A DNA stretch of 64,000 nucleotides from Candidatus Magasanikbacteria bacterium RIFCSPHIGHO2_01_FULL_33_34 (GCA_001782825.1 MFPS01000006.1:84553-148552); one strand, 5' to 3'. Positions 53,353 to 62,543 are shown, counted from the stretch's first letter. Translations and numbers: made by a program. Notes: a model not told the origin generated them from the sequence alone.

Positions 53353-53442
53353 CCGTCCAGAAATGTCAAGTGGTTAAGCTCCTAGTATATACTAGGATTT
53401 TATTATACAAAAGATAAATTTGGCTAATTTAAGCTAAATATA

Positions 53443-54006
53443 ATGAATATTATGAAAATAAATTGGTTTAAAAGCAAATTTTTGCCTAAGATTAGAAAAA
53501 AAATAGCTAATTTAAGCAAAAAAGTTGATAAAAAGAGTGTACTTAATTGTTTTAGAGCAAGAATGTTTTTGTTTTCGGTAGCTGTTTTTGTTTTGCCTTT
53601 TTTGGTGAGTTTGGATCAGGTTAGTAAACCAAGTTTTCCAGTTTCAGATGAACGTAAACCATTGGAAACTATATGGGTAGTAGCAACTGCTTATTCAAGT
53701 GAAGTGGCCCAAACTGATGATACACCATGTATACCAGCCGATGGATATGATTTGTGCGCTCATTATGATGAATATGGTGAAGGTAATACAATTGCTACCA
53801 ATTTTTTACCATTGGGAGCCCAGGTAAAAATTCCAGAGTTATATGGTGAAAAAGTGTTTATTGTTCACGATAGGATGAATAAGCGATATGGTCAAGGAAG
53901 GATAGATATCTGGATGCCATCTCGGGCAGAAGCTAAAGCCTTTGGAGTAAAAAGATTAAAAATTGAATATTATGGTGGTAGTAGGTGGAGAATAGTATCA
54001 AATTAA
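53443..54006 (+). CDS. 3D-domain (MltA-like/YuiC-type) cell-wall-binding lytic transglycosylase-like protein with an N-terminal signal/anchor
   Basis: VVATAYSSEV...GAQVKIPELYGEKVFIVHDRMNKRYGQGRIDIWMPS matches the 3D domain (conserved Asp residues). Confidence 0.7.
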   Translation: MNIMKINWFKSKFLPKIRKKIANLSKKVDKKSVLNCFRARMFLFSVAVFVLPFLVSLDQVSKPSFPVSDERKPLETIWVVATAYSSEVAQTDDTPCIPADGYDLCAHYDEYGEGNTIATNFLPLGAQVKIPELYGEKVFIVHDRMNKRYGQGRIDIWMPSRAEAKAFGVKRLKIEYYGGSRWRIVSN

Positions 54007-54011
54007 TACAA

Positions 54012-54032
54012 AACCCGCGAAAGCGGGTTTTT
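54012..54032 (+). terminator. Rho-independent terminator after the 3D-domain gene (aacccgc-gaaa-gcgggtt plus T5)
   Basis: Perfect GC-rich stem with a GAAA loop and a T-run. Confidence 0.7.
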
Positions 54033-54037
54033 GTATT

Positions 54038-54054
54038 GGAGGTACGAGCGGGAA
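54038..54054 (-). repeat. 17-nt fragment duplicating the 3' end (T-stem plus acceptor) of tRNA-Cys, 162 bp beyond the tRNA 3' end
   Basis: ggaggtacgagcgggaa versus the tRNA 3' end agaggtacgagcgggaa (16/17). Confidence 0.6.
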
Positions 54055-54216
54055 GCTCACACGCTTCGCTTTTCGAGAACCTTCGGGTTCTCGAATAACT
54101 CTCCTCAGCATGTAAGGGGTTGCACCCCTTACCATCCCCAGTTCAATTCCCTTTTTTAAAAAACCTAAAATTAATTTTTCAGTTAAATAAAAAATAATCT
54201 ATAAGAACTTTGTTAG

Positions 54217-54288
<72 letters not shown>

Positions 54289-54371
54289 GTTTTATAAATT
54301 TTCTTGATTGTTTGAATAAACTTTGTTTTAAGTAGCAGGACCTGCCTGGACCTTGTCCGCCTCTGGAGGAA

Positions 54372-54386
54372 CTTGGCTACCGTACC
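54372..54386 (-). repeat. 15-16-nt fragment duplicating the 5' end of tRNA-Cys, 83 bp upstream of the tRNA 5' end
   Basis: acttggctaccgtacc is identical to the tRNA 5' region (54273-54288). No complementary 3' acceptor was found, so it is not a complete tRNA. Confidence 0.5.
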
Positions 54387-54467
54387 TTATGATAGAGAGA
54401 TAATATCATATTTGTATCTTTTTTTCAATACCCTTATGTGCTAATATATATTGTATATAAAAATATT

Positions 54468-57155
54468 ATGGACAAGAAAAAAAGATTTATCATAATTGAT
54501 GGTAATGCCATTATCCATAGAGCATATTATGCTTTGCCACCCATGACGGCCAAAGATGGTACGATGGTGAATGCTGTATATGGTTTTACTTCAATGTTAC
54601 TTAAAGTCATAAATGATTTGAAACCAGATTATCTCACGGTTAGTTTTGATGTGGCTGGTGGTACTTTTCGTGACAAAATTTTTGATAATTACAAAGGTAC
54701 TCGTGAAAAAGCTGATCAAGATCTTTATGATCAAATTCCAATTTGTCATCAAGTAGTAGAAGCGATGGATATTCCAATTTATTTAAAAAAAGGTTATGAG
54801 GCGGATGATGTGATTGGTACAGTTGTAAAAAAATTGGAAAAAAAAGATTTGGAAATAATTATTGTGACAGGGGATATGGATATACTTCAACTTGTAAATT
54901 CTCAAGTAAAAGTTTTTCAGTTGAGAAAAGGTATAACAGACACAGTATTATTTGATGAAAAAGGTGTTATTGAAAAATATGGTTTTGGACCAGATAAAAT
55001 TATTGATTATAAATCATTGCGAGGAGATGCATCAGATAATATTCCTGGTATAAAAGGGATTGGCGAGAAGACTGCCAAGTTATTGATAGAAAAAATAGGC
55101 GGAATAAAAGAAATTTATGAAGACCTAGAGAAAAAAAATTCAATTTTGGAAAAAGAATTTAAATCAGGGGTGATTGAAAAAATAAAGATAGGAAAAAAAG
55201 ATGCATTGATGAGCCAAGAGTTAGCTACAATTCATACCGATGTTCAAGATTTAGATTTTAAATTGGAAGATTGTGCTGTAAATCCATTTGATGAAATAAA
55301 AATAAAGGATTTATTTTTTAAATTAGAATTTTTTTCTTTGCTTAAACGCGTGCCAGGGCTTAGTAAAAGTACAGTTAAAATTGAAAAAAATACTAAGAAT
55401 AAGGTTTCAAAAAAAATTAAATTGATTGATAAAAATAATTTTGATGAATTTTTAAAAAATATTGAAAAAACAGAAAAATTTGTATGTACAGAATCTTTGT
55501 CTGGCCAAAATGTGATGACTGATGAGTTTATGGGACTAGTGTTTTTGTGTGATGGCGAGACTTATTATATAGATTGGAAAAAAATAAATGAAAAAAATAA
55601 AAAAGAATTAACAAAAGTATTTTCAGATAAAAATAAAATTTTTGTTGGGTATGATTTGAAGCAGGTTATAAAGTTGCTAAAGTTAAATAATATTGAAGTT
55701 GAGAATAAATTATTTGATATTATGATTGCTTCGTATTTGATTAACTCTAGTGTGCGATCACATGGATTGCGAGGTTTGGTGATTCGTGAATTAAATATAG
55801 AATTGCCAGAAGTCAATACGCAAGTAAGCTTGTTTGGGTTAGATCCACAAGAATTAGCAGATCAACTTGGTTATATTGATTTACTTGAGCAAAAATTTAA
55901 AGTTGATTTGGTCAAACATGAAGATTTGGGATTGTTTGAAAAAGTAGAGATGAAATTAATTAAAGTCTTGGCAGAGATGGAAATAAATGGCATGGCGGTT
56001 GACAGGGATTTGCTTGAAAAACTATCTAAAGAAGCAGGTGAAAGATTAAAAAAACTTGTATCAAATATCCATAAAGAAGCAGGCGAAGAGTTTAATGTAG
56101 CGTCGTCAGTTCAGCTTCGTGAGATATTGTTTGAAAAAATGAATTTGTCGGCAGAAGGAATTAAAAAGGGAAAAACAGGGTATTCAACGGCTGCATCCGA
56201 ATTGGAAAAATTGAGAGGTACACATCCTATTATAGAAATGATTGAGGAGTTTCGTGAAGTGGAAAAATTACGAAATACATATATTGATGTTTTGCCAAAT
56301 TTAATCAATAAAAAAACCAATAGAATTCATACTACATTTAATCAAGCAATAACAACAACTGGTAGATTGTCGAGCTCTGATCCAAATTTACAAAATATTC
56401 CGATTAGAACAGAATTGGGCCGTGAAATTCGCAAAGCATTTGTGGCTGAAAAAGGCAATATATTGATCGCAGCAGATTATTCTCAAATTGAACTTCGTAT
56501 TGTGGCTTCTCTTGCTAAAGACAAAAGATTGATTGAAATTTTTACAAATGGAGAAGATGTTCATAAAGCAACGGCTGCTATTATAAATAATGTTAAATTA
56601 GATGAAGTTACTCGTGAAATGCGCTATGCAGCCAAGGAAGTTAATTTTGGTGTACTCTATGGTATGGGTGCCTATGGTTTGTCATGGCGAGCGGGTATTC
56701 CGCAATGGCAGGCCAAAGAATTTATTGATGAATATTTCAAAAATTTTTCTGGTGTAAAAAAATATATTGATCAAACATTAAAATTCGCCAAAGAAGAAGG
56801 TTATGTAGAAACTTTGTTTGGCAGAAGACGTTATATTCCAGAATTAACATCAGAAAATTTTCAATTACGAAATGCGGGTGAGAGAATGGCTGTGAATATG
56901 CCAATTCAAGGTACTGCTGCTGATATTATGAAAATGGCAATGATTGAAGTGAGTGAACAAATAAAAAAGCATAAAAAAAATAAAGATATCAAATTGATTC
57001 TTCAGGTGCATGATGAAGTTGTGTTGGAAGTAAAAAAAGGAATAGAGAGTGAAATTGCAAATCTTGTAAAAAAAGCTATGGAATCAGTAGTTGAGTTGAA
57101 TGTTCCGATTGAAGTTAAAACTAGTATAAACAAGAATTGGGGTGAAATGAAATAG
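54468..57155 (+). CDS. polA: DNA polymerase I (5'-3' exonuclease, degenerate 3'-5' exo, and polymerase domains). Start taken at MDKKK; the ORF track begins 30 nt earlier.
   Basis: FIIIDGNAIIHRAYYAL (5' nuclease), RRxAKxVNFGVLYG (motif B), ILQVHDEVVLE (motif C). Confidence 0.95.
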   Translation: MDKKKRFIIIDGNAIIHRAYYALPPMTAKDGTMVNAVYGFTSMLLKVINDLKPDYLTVSFDVAGGTFRDKIFDNYKGTREKADQDLYDQIPICHQVVEAMDIPIYLKKGYEADDVIGTVVKKLEKKDLEIIIVTGDMDILQLVNSQVKVFQLRKGITDTVLFDEKGVIEKYGFGPDKIIDYKSLRGDASDNIPGIKGIGEKTAKLLIEKIGGIKEIYEDLEKKNSILEKEFKSGVIEKIKIGKKDALMSQELATIHTDVQDLDFKLEDCAVNPFDEIKIKDLFFKLEFFSLLKRVPGLSKSTVKIEKNTKNKVSKKIKLIDKNNFDEFLKNIEKTEKFVCTESLSGQNVMTDEFMGLVFLCDGETYYIDWKKINEKNKKELTKVFSDKNKIFVGYDLKQVIKLLKLNNIEVENKLFDIMIASYLINSSVRSHGLRGLVIRELNIELPEVNTQVSLFGLDPQELADQLGYIDLLEQKFKVDLVKHEDLGLFEKVEMKLIKVLAEMEINGMAVDRDLLEKLSKEAGERLKKLVSNIHKEAGEEFNVASSVQLREILFEKMNLSAEGIKKGKTGYSTAASELEKLRGTHPIIEMIEEFREVEKLRNTYIDVLPNLINKKTNRIHTTFNQAITTTGRLSSSDPNLQNIPIRTELGREIRKAFVAEKGNILIAADYSQIELRIVASLAKDKRLIEIFTNGEDVHKATAAIINNVKLDEVTREMRYAAKEVNFGVLYGMGAYGLSWRAGIPQWQAKEFIDEYFKNFSGVKKYIDQTLKFAKEEGYVETLFGRRRYIPELTSENFQLRNAGERMAVNMPIQGTAADIMKMAMIEVSEQIKKHKKNKDIKLILQVHDEVVLEVKKGIESEIANLVKKAMESVVELNVPIEVKTSINKNWGEMK

Positions 57156-57193
57156 TGAGGACGCTCTTGCGCCCCCACATTCTTTCCCCCTAT

Positions 57194-57421
57194 TTAGCTG
57201 TTGTTGTCGACTCTTCTGATTCGGTCTCTGCGACCCCTGCCCTTGGGCTTACTGGTGTTGTTAGTAGTATTTTCTGAAAAAGGTATGATTTTTTGTTCAG
57301 GTTTTTGTAGTGGTCTTGTACTAACACGGAGTCTAATGACTGGTTTTGTCGATCTTCCTGTGGAAGACCGACCACGATGATTAACTCCCATCAGAGAGCC
57401 ACCAAAACGATTGGCTTTCAT
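57194..57421 (-). CDS. Hypothetical small Arg/Gly-rich basic protein with a strong RBS, inside a GC-rich island
   Basis: 75-aa ORF MKANRFGGSLMGVNHRGRSSTGRST... with GGAGG 7 nt upstream of the ATG. The identity is unclear and it could be non-coding. Confidence 0.35.
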   Translation of the reverse strand: MKANRFGGSLMGVNHRGRSSTGRSTKPVIRLRVSTRPLQKPEQKIIPFSENTTNNTSKPKGRGRRDRIRRVDNNS

Positions 57422-57452
57422 TGTGTTTCCTCCAAATTTAGTATATCACAAT

Positions 57453-57564
57453 AAAAAAAAGTCGGCGACCGTGTTGCCACGGTCGCCGTGCAAGCAAGTA
57501 AGGTGGGGGGGACACCTTAGCTTCTCGCGTGACCGACCTGAGCCGAAGCTCGAAGGTACAGTCG
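57453..57564 (-). ncRNA. Candidate roughly 110-nt GC-rich small RNA delimited by a promoter and an intrinsic terminator (class undetermined; SRP-RNA-sized)
   Basis: Minus-strand -35 TTGACA and -10 TATCAT with a 17-nt spacer (57571-57599). Three hairpins: gagc-UUCG-gcuc, aaggug-uccccccc-caccuu, and the terminator cggcgaccgug-uugc-cacggucgccg plus U8. Confidence 0.5.
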
Positions 57565-57570
57565 ATTCAT

Positions 57571-57599
57571 ATGATAGCATATAAATTTTATTTTGTCAA
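57571..57599 (-). promoter_or_regulatory. Sigma70-like promoter (TTGACA-17-TATCAT) for the candidate sRNA
   Basis: Read from the reverse complement of 57571-57599. Confidence 0.5.
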
Positions 57600-57662
57600 G
57601 ACTTGATCATTTACATTATTTTTTTAACAATGGTAGAATAGAGCAATCAATTAAGACTATAT

Positions 57663-58631
57663 ATGTATATATTTATTTACGGAAAAGATAATTTTAGAAG
57701 TCAAAAATTTTTATCAGATAATATTGATAGATTTATTAAAGAAAGAGATCCACAAAAACTTAATACTGTTATTTTGGACTGTTTGAACAACAATAGAGTA
57801 GATTTTATGGGACAGATTTTGGCGCAACCATTTTTGGCAGAAAAAAGGATGATTGTATTGAAAAATTTACTTATTAGCAAAAATGAAGAATTGCAGATGG
57901 AGATAGTAAAAAGATTGAAAGAAAATAATTTACCAGAGAATAATATAATTATTTTTTGGGAGAGTATTGATACTGTTAAAACAAAATTAGGAAAAGAGTT
58001 GTTGGATATATTAAAAAAAGGAAAATTTTCAAGTAAATTTGATGAACTTAAGGGTGTGGATTTGGCCAGTTGGATTAGAGAAGAAATAAAAAATAGAGGT
58101 GGTAGTGTTGACAACACAGCTGTAGAATATTTAGTTAAGGAAAGTAAAGGAGATATCTGGCATTTAAATTCTTTGATTAATCAGCTTGTTTCTTATTGCA
58201 ATGATAGAGAAATTAATGTTAGCGATGTTGAGATTTTTTTGGAGGAAAGGTTTGATGATAATATTTTTAATTTGGTGGATGCAATAGTTGGTAAAAGAGA
58301 AAAAGAAGTTTATAAAATGATTCAAGAGCAATATCGTATTGGTGAAGACGTGCAATTTATGTTTGCAATGATATTGAGACAATTTAGAATAATAATTGAA
58401 TTGCGTGATTTGTTTGAAAGACAAAGTAAAATGAATAGCGATGAGATTGCCAAAAAATTAAAATTGCATCCGTTTGTGGTCAAAAAAACCTTGCCACTTA
58501 CTAGGCATTACAATATGGAAAAATTGAAATGTATCTATGATGATTTACTTGAGCTAGATATTCAAATAAAAACTAGTAAAGGCAATAATGAAATGTTATT
58601 AGATTTATTTGTTGCTCGTGTTTGTGTATAA
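57663..58631 (+). CDS. holA: DNA polymerase III delta subunit
   Basis: MYIFIYGKDNF start. 322 aa with the HolA domain organisation. Conserved convergent neighbourhood with rpsT. Confidence 0.75.
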   Translation: MYIFIYGKDNFRSQKFLSDNIDRFIKERDPQKLNTVILDCLNNNRVDFMGQILAQPFLAEKRMIVLKNLLISKNEELQMEIVKRLKENNLPENNIIIFWESIDTVKTKLGKELLDILKKGKFSSKFDELKGVDLASWIREEIKNRGGSVDNTAVEYLVKESKGDIWHLNSLINQLVSYCNDREINVSDVEIFLEERFDDNIFNLVDAIVGKREKEVYKMIQEQYRIGEDVQFMFAMILRQFRIIIELRDLFERQSKMNSDEIAKKLKLHPFVVKKTLPLTRHYNMEKLKCIYDDLLELDIQIKTSKGNNEMLLDLFVARVCV

Positions 58632-58635
58632 AACA

Positions 58636-58660
58636 AAATACTCCTTTCGGAGTATTTTTA
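58636..58660. terminator. Bidirectional terminator (aatactcc-tttc-ggagtatt plus T5) between holA and rpsT
   Basis: Perfect 8-bp stem. Confidence 0.7.
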
Positions 58661-58661
58661 T

Positions 58662-58919
58662 TTATTTTGCTTTTGCTACTCTTTTTGCTAGACGTGATAT
58701 TTTTCTGCTAGCAGTTTTAGCTTTGATAACACCTTTTTTAGCAGCTTTATCAAGTTTTTTTTGAGCTAAACGTAATTCTTCTTTTACATCCATTTTTGCT
58801 TCTAGATTTTTTACTACAGTTTTGACGGCTTTCTTAGCAGCATCTCTGATTTCTTTATTAGCAATTGCGCGTTTCTTGGCTTGTCTCAATGCTTTTTTAG
58901 CATTATTTTTAATTGGCAT
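58662..58919 (-). CDS. rpsT: 30S ribosomal protein S20
   Basis: MPIKNNAKKALRQAKKRAIANKEIRDAAKKAVK is the S20 signature. Confidence 0.9.
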   Translation of the reverse strand: MPIKNNAKKALRQAKKRAIANKEIRDAAKKAVKTVVKNLEAKMDVKEELRLAQKKLDKAAKKGVIKAKTASRKISRLAKRVAKAK

Positions 58920-59006
58920 ATTTTGTTATTATTATAAATTTTTGAATGTGTAGAAAAGTATAGCTGATTAATTGATTTTTGTCAAGTAAATAGAAAGCTA
59001 TGCGTT

Positions 59007-60095
59007 TTATTGTTCAGTATTTGGCTTGTCAATCATAATTGGATCAATTACCTCTTCTTTGCTTTCGGTAATTTTTAGGATATCTTTGTCTACTTTGGAA
59101 AGTTCTTTATAAGCAGTATTATAATGATTTACTGTGGTACCGAGGCTATTACCGAGTTTTTTCATAAACTCATCTTGGGTTTTTATGTGTTTGCCAAGCG
59201 CTTCTACATTTTTACGGATACTTTTTGCTCCTTCTTCAATTTTGAAAGCGCGTAATCCTTGGAGGACTGTTTGCAAATAAGCTGCAAAAGTAGTCGGTGA
59301 AACTATAACTACTTTTTTTTCTATAAAAGCATAATCTATTAGATCACGGGTGTTTACTTTTACTGCCCCAATTTCATTTACTAACAAATCATAATATATT
59401 GCTTCGCTAGGGATAAACATAAAAGCGAATTCTAATGTTCCCTCTTTTGGTTTGATATATTTGGCAGTTTCATCAATTCTTTTTTTCAAATCTTGTTTAA
59501 ATTCTTTCTCTAAAGTTGTGCGTACAATATCATCTTTTTCATTATTAATTTTTTGATAATTTTCCAAAGAAAATTTGGCATCAACTGGGATGAGACCGTC
59601 TTTGGTGATGATGGCCGCATCAACGGTATCGCCATCTTTAAATGAATATTGTAAGTGAAAAGCATTTGGTGGCAATATATTTTCAAGTACAAGGCGTAAA
59701 CCAGCTTCACCTAGATTGCCACGCTGTTTTTGGCTTTTTAAAACTTTTTCTAGATTGGACAATTGTTCAGAAAAACCAATAACTTGTTGATTGGTTTTAT
59801 CAAGACTGGTTAATTTTTCGGTAATTTCAGTAATTATTCTGGAGCTTTGTCCGTGTTGCTCACGCAAAGTTTTGCTAATATCATTTTGAGTTTCAAACAT
59901 TGATTTATTGGCTTCTGTCATTCTTTGTTCAAAAGCGCGATTCAATTCTTGCATTTGATTTTGCAACATAGTGAATTGATTTTGTTCACCTTCTTTTGGT
60001 TTGCCTTGTTCAATAATTTTTTTATACATTAAATATATTAAAATAATTGCCCCGATAAGGCCAATTGATAAAAATATGAGAAGAAATGTCTGCAT
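59007..60095 (-). CDS. rmuC: DNA recombination protein RmuC
   Basis: N-terminal TM plus coiled coil, then QRGNLGEAGLRLVLE, PVDAKFSLE, FIPSEAIYYDL and VSPTTFAAYLQTV. Confidence 0.85.
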   Translation of the reverse strand: MQTFLLIFLSIGLIGAIILIYLMYKKIIEQGKPKEGEQNQFTMLQNQMQELNRAFEQRMTEANKSMFETQNDISKTLREQHGQSSRIITEITEKLTSLDKTNQQVIGFSEQLSNLEKVLKSQKQRGNLGEAGLRLVLENILPPNAFHLQYSFKDGDTVDAAIITKDGLIPVDAKFSLENYQKINNEKDDIVRTTLEKEFKQDLKKRIDETAKYIKPKEGTLEFAFMFIPSEAIYYDLLVNEIGAVKVNTRDLIDYAFIEKKVVIVSPTTFAAYLQTVLQGLRAFKIEEGAKSIRKNVEALGKHIKTQDEFMKKLGNSLGTTVNHYNTAYKELSKVDKDILKITESKEEVIDPIMIDKPNTEQ

Positions 60096-60182
60096 ACACT
60101 TGATTTTTTAAGTAAAATAGTCTAATATTACACCAAAATATAGTGCTATTATAGCATGAAAAATAGCTTTAGCAAGTTAAAC

Positions 60183-60254
60183 CCTTTCGTAGTTCAATGG
60201 ATAGAACAAGACACTCCTAACGTCTAGATCCAAGTTCGATTCTTGGCGAGAGGA
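60183..60254 (+). tRNA. tRNA-Arg (anticodon CCU)
   Basis: Manual fold: acceptor CCTTTCG/CGAGAGG, D-arm GTTC-AATGGATA-GAAC, anticodon arm AGACA-CTCCTAA-CGTCT (U33, CCU, A37), T-arm CCAAG-TTCGATT-CTTGG, discriminator A. Confidence 0.8.
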
Positions 60255-60300
60255 CTAATCGTAGTAGTTTCAGCCATAGGCTGATCAGCCTTTGGCTGAC

Positions 60301-60359
60301 AATGGATAGAACAAGACACTCCTAACGTCTAGATCCAAGTTCGATTCTTGGTGAGAGCA
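60301..60359 (+). pseudogene. Truncated tandem copy (D-loop to 3' end, 57/59 identical) of tRNA-Arg(CCU), 46 bp downstream of the intact gene. It lacks the 5' acceptor and D-stem strand.
   Basis: aatggatagaacaagacactcctaacgtctagatccaagttcgattcttgg is repeated exactly. The spacer contains the perfect palindrome GGCTGATCAGCC (60279-60290). Confidence 0.6.
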
Positions 60360-60428
60360 CAAAAATTATATTTACAAACAGTTGACATAAGGGTAGGTTT
60401 TGTGGTATTTAATTATAAGGTTTTATAA

Positions 60429-60779
60429 ATGTGTATGAACGAACCATCAAGCAAGGAGCATGTTATGACTAACATTCTTTTCATTGAAGATGATGGGAGT
60501 CGTTCTCCGTATGATCCAAATATTCATAAAACAAGGGTTAACAAGTTTCTTTATTGGGACACTTTGTTGATTACTGGACCACAGGAATATCATAATACAT
60601 TGTATAAGTGTTATATCAACAATAAAGATGATCAGCAATTATTGAGCGCATCAGGTATTTTGGGTGCAGGAAATTGTGCCTATAGTAAAGTGGTAAGCTG
60701 GTCTTCCTTAGGATATCGTATTAAAACACCAGAAGATTTGAAACAAACAATTCTTGATCTTTTGCAAATGGAGTATTAA
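60429..60779 (+). CDS. Hypothetical protein
   Basis: 116-aa ORF with a TTGACA-containing promoter-like sequence upstream (60381). No motifs. Confidence 0.35.
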   Translation: MCMNEPSSKEHVMTNILFIEDDGSRSPYDPNIHKTRVNKFLYWDTLLITGPQEYHNTLYKCYINNKDDQQLLSASGILGAGNCAYSKVVSWSSLGYRIKTPEDLKQTILDLLQMEY

Positions 60780-60854
60780 AAATAAAATTCATATACAAAA
60801 CAAAAACCTGAGGCCGGAGATAATATCAATGGCTTTTTGTAAATTTAAAATAAA

Positions 60855-61856
60855 TTAACTTGTTGGTTTTATTGTAATTTCATCATTTCTCAAATCTTTG
60901 GATAAGGCTTTGAGTAAAGCATAAGCATTACTTTCTTCTGTATTTGGGTTATTGGTTTTTTTGACTATTTCCCAGTAGCCTGCTTTAGATTCGTTATCTT
61001 TTTTGTCCGCAATATTTTCGTATAGTCCTATTTCATTTTCAGGAATTTCTTTTAATGATTTTGTATAATATAGTACAAGTGGTTCTGACTTCCCTATTTG
61101 TATTTGGACTTTTTTACAATCATTTATTTTTTTATTAAGATCCAAGCTATCTTTTACAGATATACGCACATTGCCAAATTTGTCAGCATAAGCAAATTCT
61201 ATATCTTTTGTTTGAGTCTCAATTATATTTGGGTGTTTGCCAAGTTTTTTGGCTTTTAATAGTTCTTCTCTATTTTTGTATTGGAATATTGGCTCTAATA
61301 TATTTGGAAAATAACGAGTAGTGGTAATTATAGAAGAACGAAATTGTTCTTTTTGGCCATCTGTTGTAGGGATTTTTTCATTTGGTATTTTGTATAGAGC
61401 CAATATTTTGTTTCTAGTTTCTAAGGTTTTCAGAGTGCTGATTGGGACACAATAGATTTCTAGTAAATCATCGGTGATAGCTAGATGAAAATCATTGCCA
61501 TTTTTTCCGTTAGCTGTAGCTTCTTTACTTCTTGGCGCGCAATTGGCGATAGATATAATTGTGCCTTCGGTAAATTGTTTGGAAACTTGTTTACCTTTTT
61601 GTTTTTTTACAAGCTGTATAATGCGTTTTTGTTCAGTCAAAAGATCACTGAGTAGATTCAAGCCATATTCTGCTTGGTAAAGATTATTTCCTATGGGGTA
61701 AGTTTTGTCACTCAAGTTTCCTAAATTCCTAATAATAGCAGTGAGTTCGGCATCAAAATCAACTGATTGATCAGAAAATACATCATTGAAATGTACAATA
61801 GCATTAACTTTGCGGGATAAAAGTTTTTTGTATTGGGGCAGTATTTTTTTGGTCAT
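60855..61856 (-). CDS. Hypothetical 333-aa protein with weak resemblance to the SAM-hydroxide adenosyltransferase (DUF62) C-terminal DxxFGN motif
   Basis: YADKFGNVRISV resembles DHPFGNVWTNI of DUF62 enzymes. Otherwise unassigned. Confidence 0.45.
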   Translation of the reverse strand: MTKKILPQYKKLLSRKVNAIVHFNDVFSDQSVDFDAELTAIIRNLGNLSDKTYPIGNNLYQAEYGLNLLSDLLTEQKRIIQLVKKQKGKQVSKQFTEGTIISIANCAPRSKEATANGKNGNDFHLAITDDLLEIYCVPISTLKTLETRNKILALYKIPNEKIPTTDGQKEQFRSSIITTTRYFPNILEPIFQYKNREELLKAKKLGKHPNIIETQTKDIEFAYADKFGNVRISVKDSLDLNKKINDCKKVQIQIGKSEPLVLYYTKSLKEIPENEIGLYENIADKKDNESKAGYWEIVKKTNNPNTEESNAYALLKALSKDLRNDEITIKPTS

Positions 61857-62062
61857 ACTTATATTAAATAATTAAAATTAAAAAAGCCAGCTGTGTAGCT
61901 GGATTGATATATTAGACTATAAAAAATCAACTCAGCTCACAGAGGTTCTGCATCATCATATCCATCATTGAGTTGTTTATTCTTTTTATCATATTGCTGA
62001 TATATTAAACCATGTATATATTTTTTTGTCAAGTTGGGAGTGTGAATGGTCTATATTTAATT

Positions 62063-62542
62063 TTAGAATCTTTTTATTCGAGTATGACAATAAGGTGTGC
62101 CACCACTTTTTTCATAATATTTTTGGTGGTATTCTTCAGCAGGCCAAAATCGGTCTGATTTTAGTAGTTTGGTAGCTATTTTAAGACCTTTGTTTTCAAG
62201 AATGTTTATTAATTTTAGAGCAGTCTCTTTTTGGGTTTCACTGTTATAAAAAATAGCCGATTGATACTGTTCACCAATATCTGGCCCTTGCCTATTTACT
62301 TGTGTTGGATCATGAATCTCAAAAAATAGCTTTGCTAATGTTTCAAAATCAGTCTTTTGTTCATCAAATTCTACCGCTAGCGCCTCAATGTGACCGGTAT
62401 TGTGAGCACAGACTTCTTGGTAAGTGGGTTTTTCTTTATCCCCTCCCATAAATCCAACAGTTGTTTTCAATACGCCGGTTTCATTTTGGAAATAATATTC
62501 TACTCCCCAAAAACAACCACCAGCAAAATAAGCTGTTTGCAT
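62063..62542 (-). CDS. msrA: Peptide methionine sulfoxide reductase MsrA
   Basis: AYFAGGCFWGVEYYF (GCFWG active site). Confidence 0.9.
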   Translation of the reverse strand: MQTAYFAGGCFWGVEYYFQNETGVLKTTVGFMGGDKEKPTYQEVCAHNTGHIEALAVEFDEQKTDFETLAKLFFEIHDPTQVNRQGPDIGEQYQSAIFYNSETQKETALKLINILENKGLKIATKLLKSDRFWPAEEYHQKYYEKSGGTPYCHTRIKRF

Positions 62543-62543
62543 A

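Noticed and set aside
53359-53442. c-di-AMP (ydaO) riboswitch upstream of the 3D-domain cell-wall gene
   Set aside because: The leader is about 84 nt and AT-rich, lacking the pseudo-two-fold GC-rich conserved cores of ydaO riboswitches. Only a palindromic hairpin is present.
54300-54390. Second complete tRNA sharing the tRNA-Cys 5' end
   Set aside because: No complementary 3' acceptor strand (ggtacgg on the plus strand) is present within 100 nt, and no cloverleaf could be folded. It is treated as a 5' fragment repeat only.
57453-57564. Assignment of the small RNA as SRP (4.5S) RNA
   Set aside because: Size fits, and there is loose similarity to the domain IV CAGGUC...GAAGC..AAGG. However the three-hairpin fold is unlike the single extended SRP helix, and no GNRA-capped symmetric-loop motif could be aligned by eye. 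It is left unclassified pending a covariance-model search.
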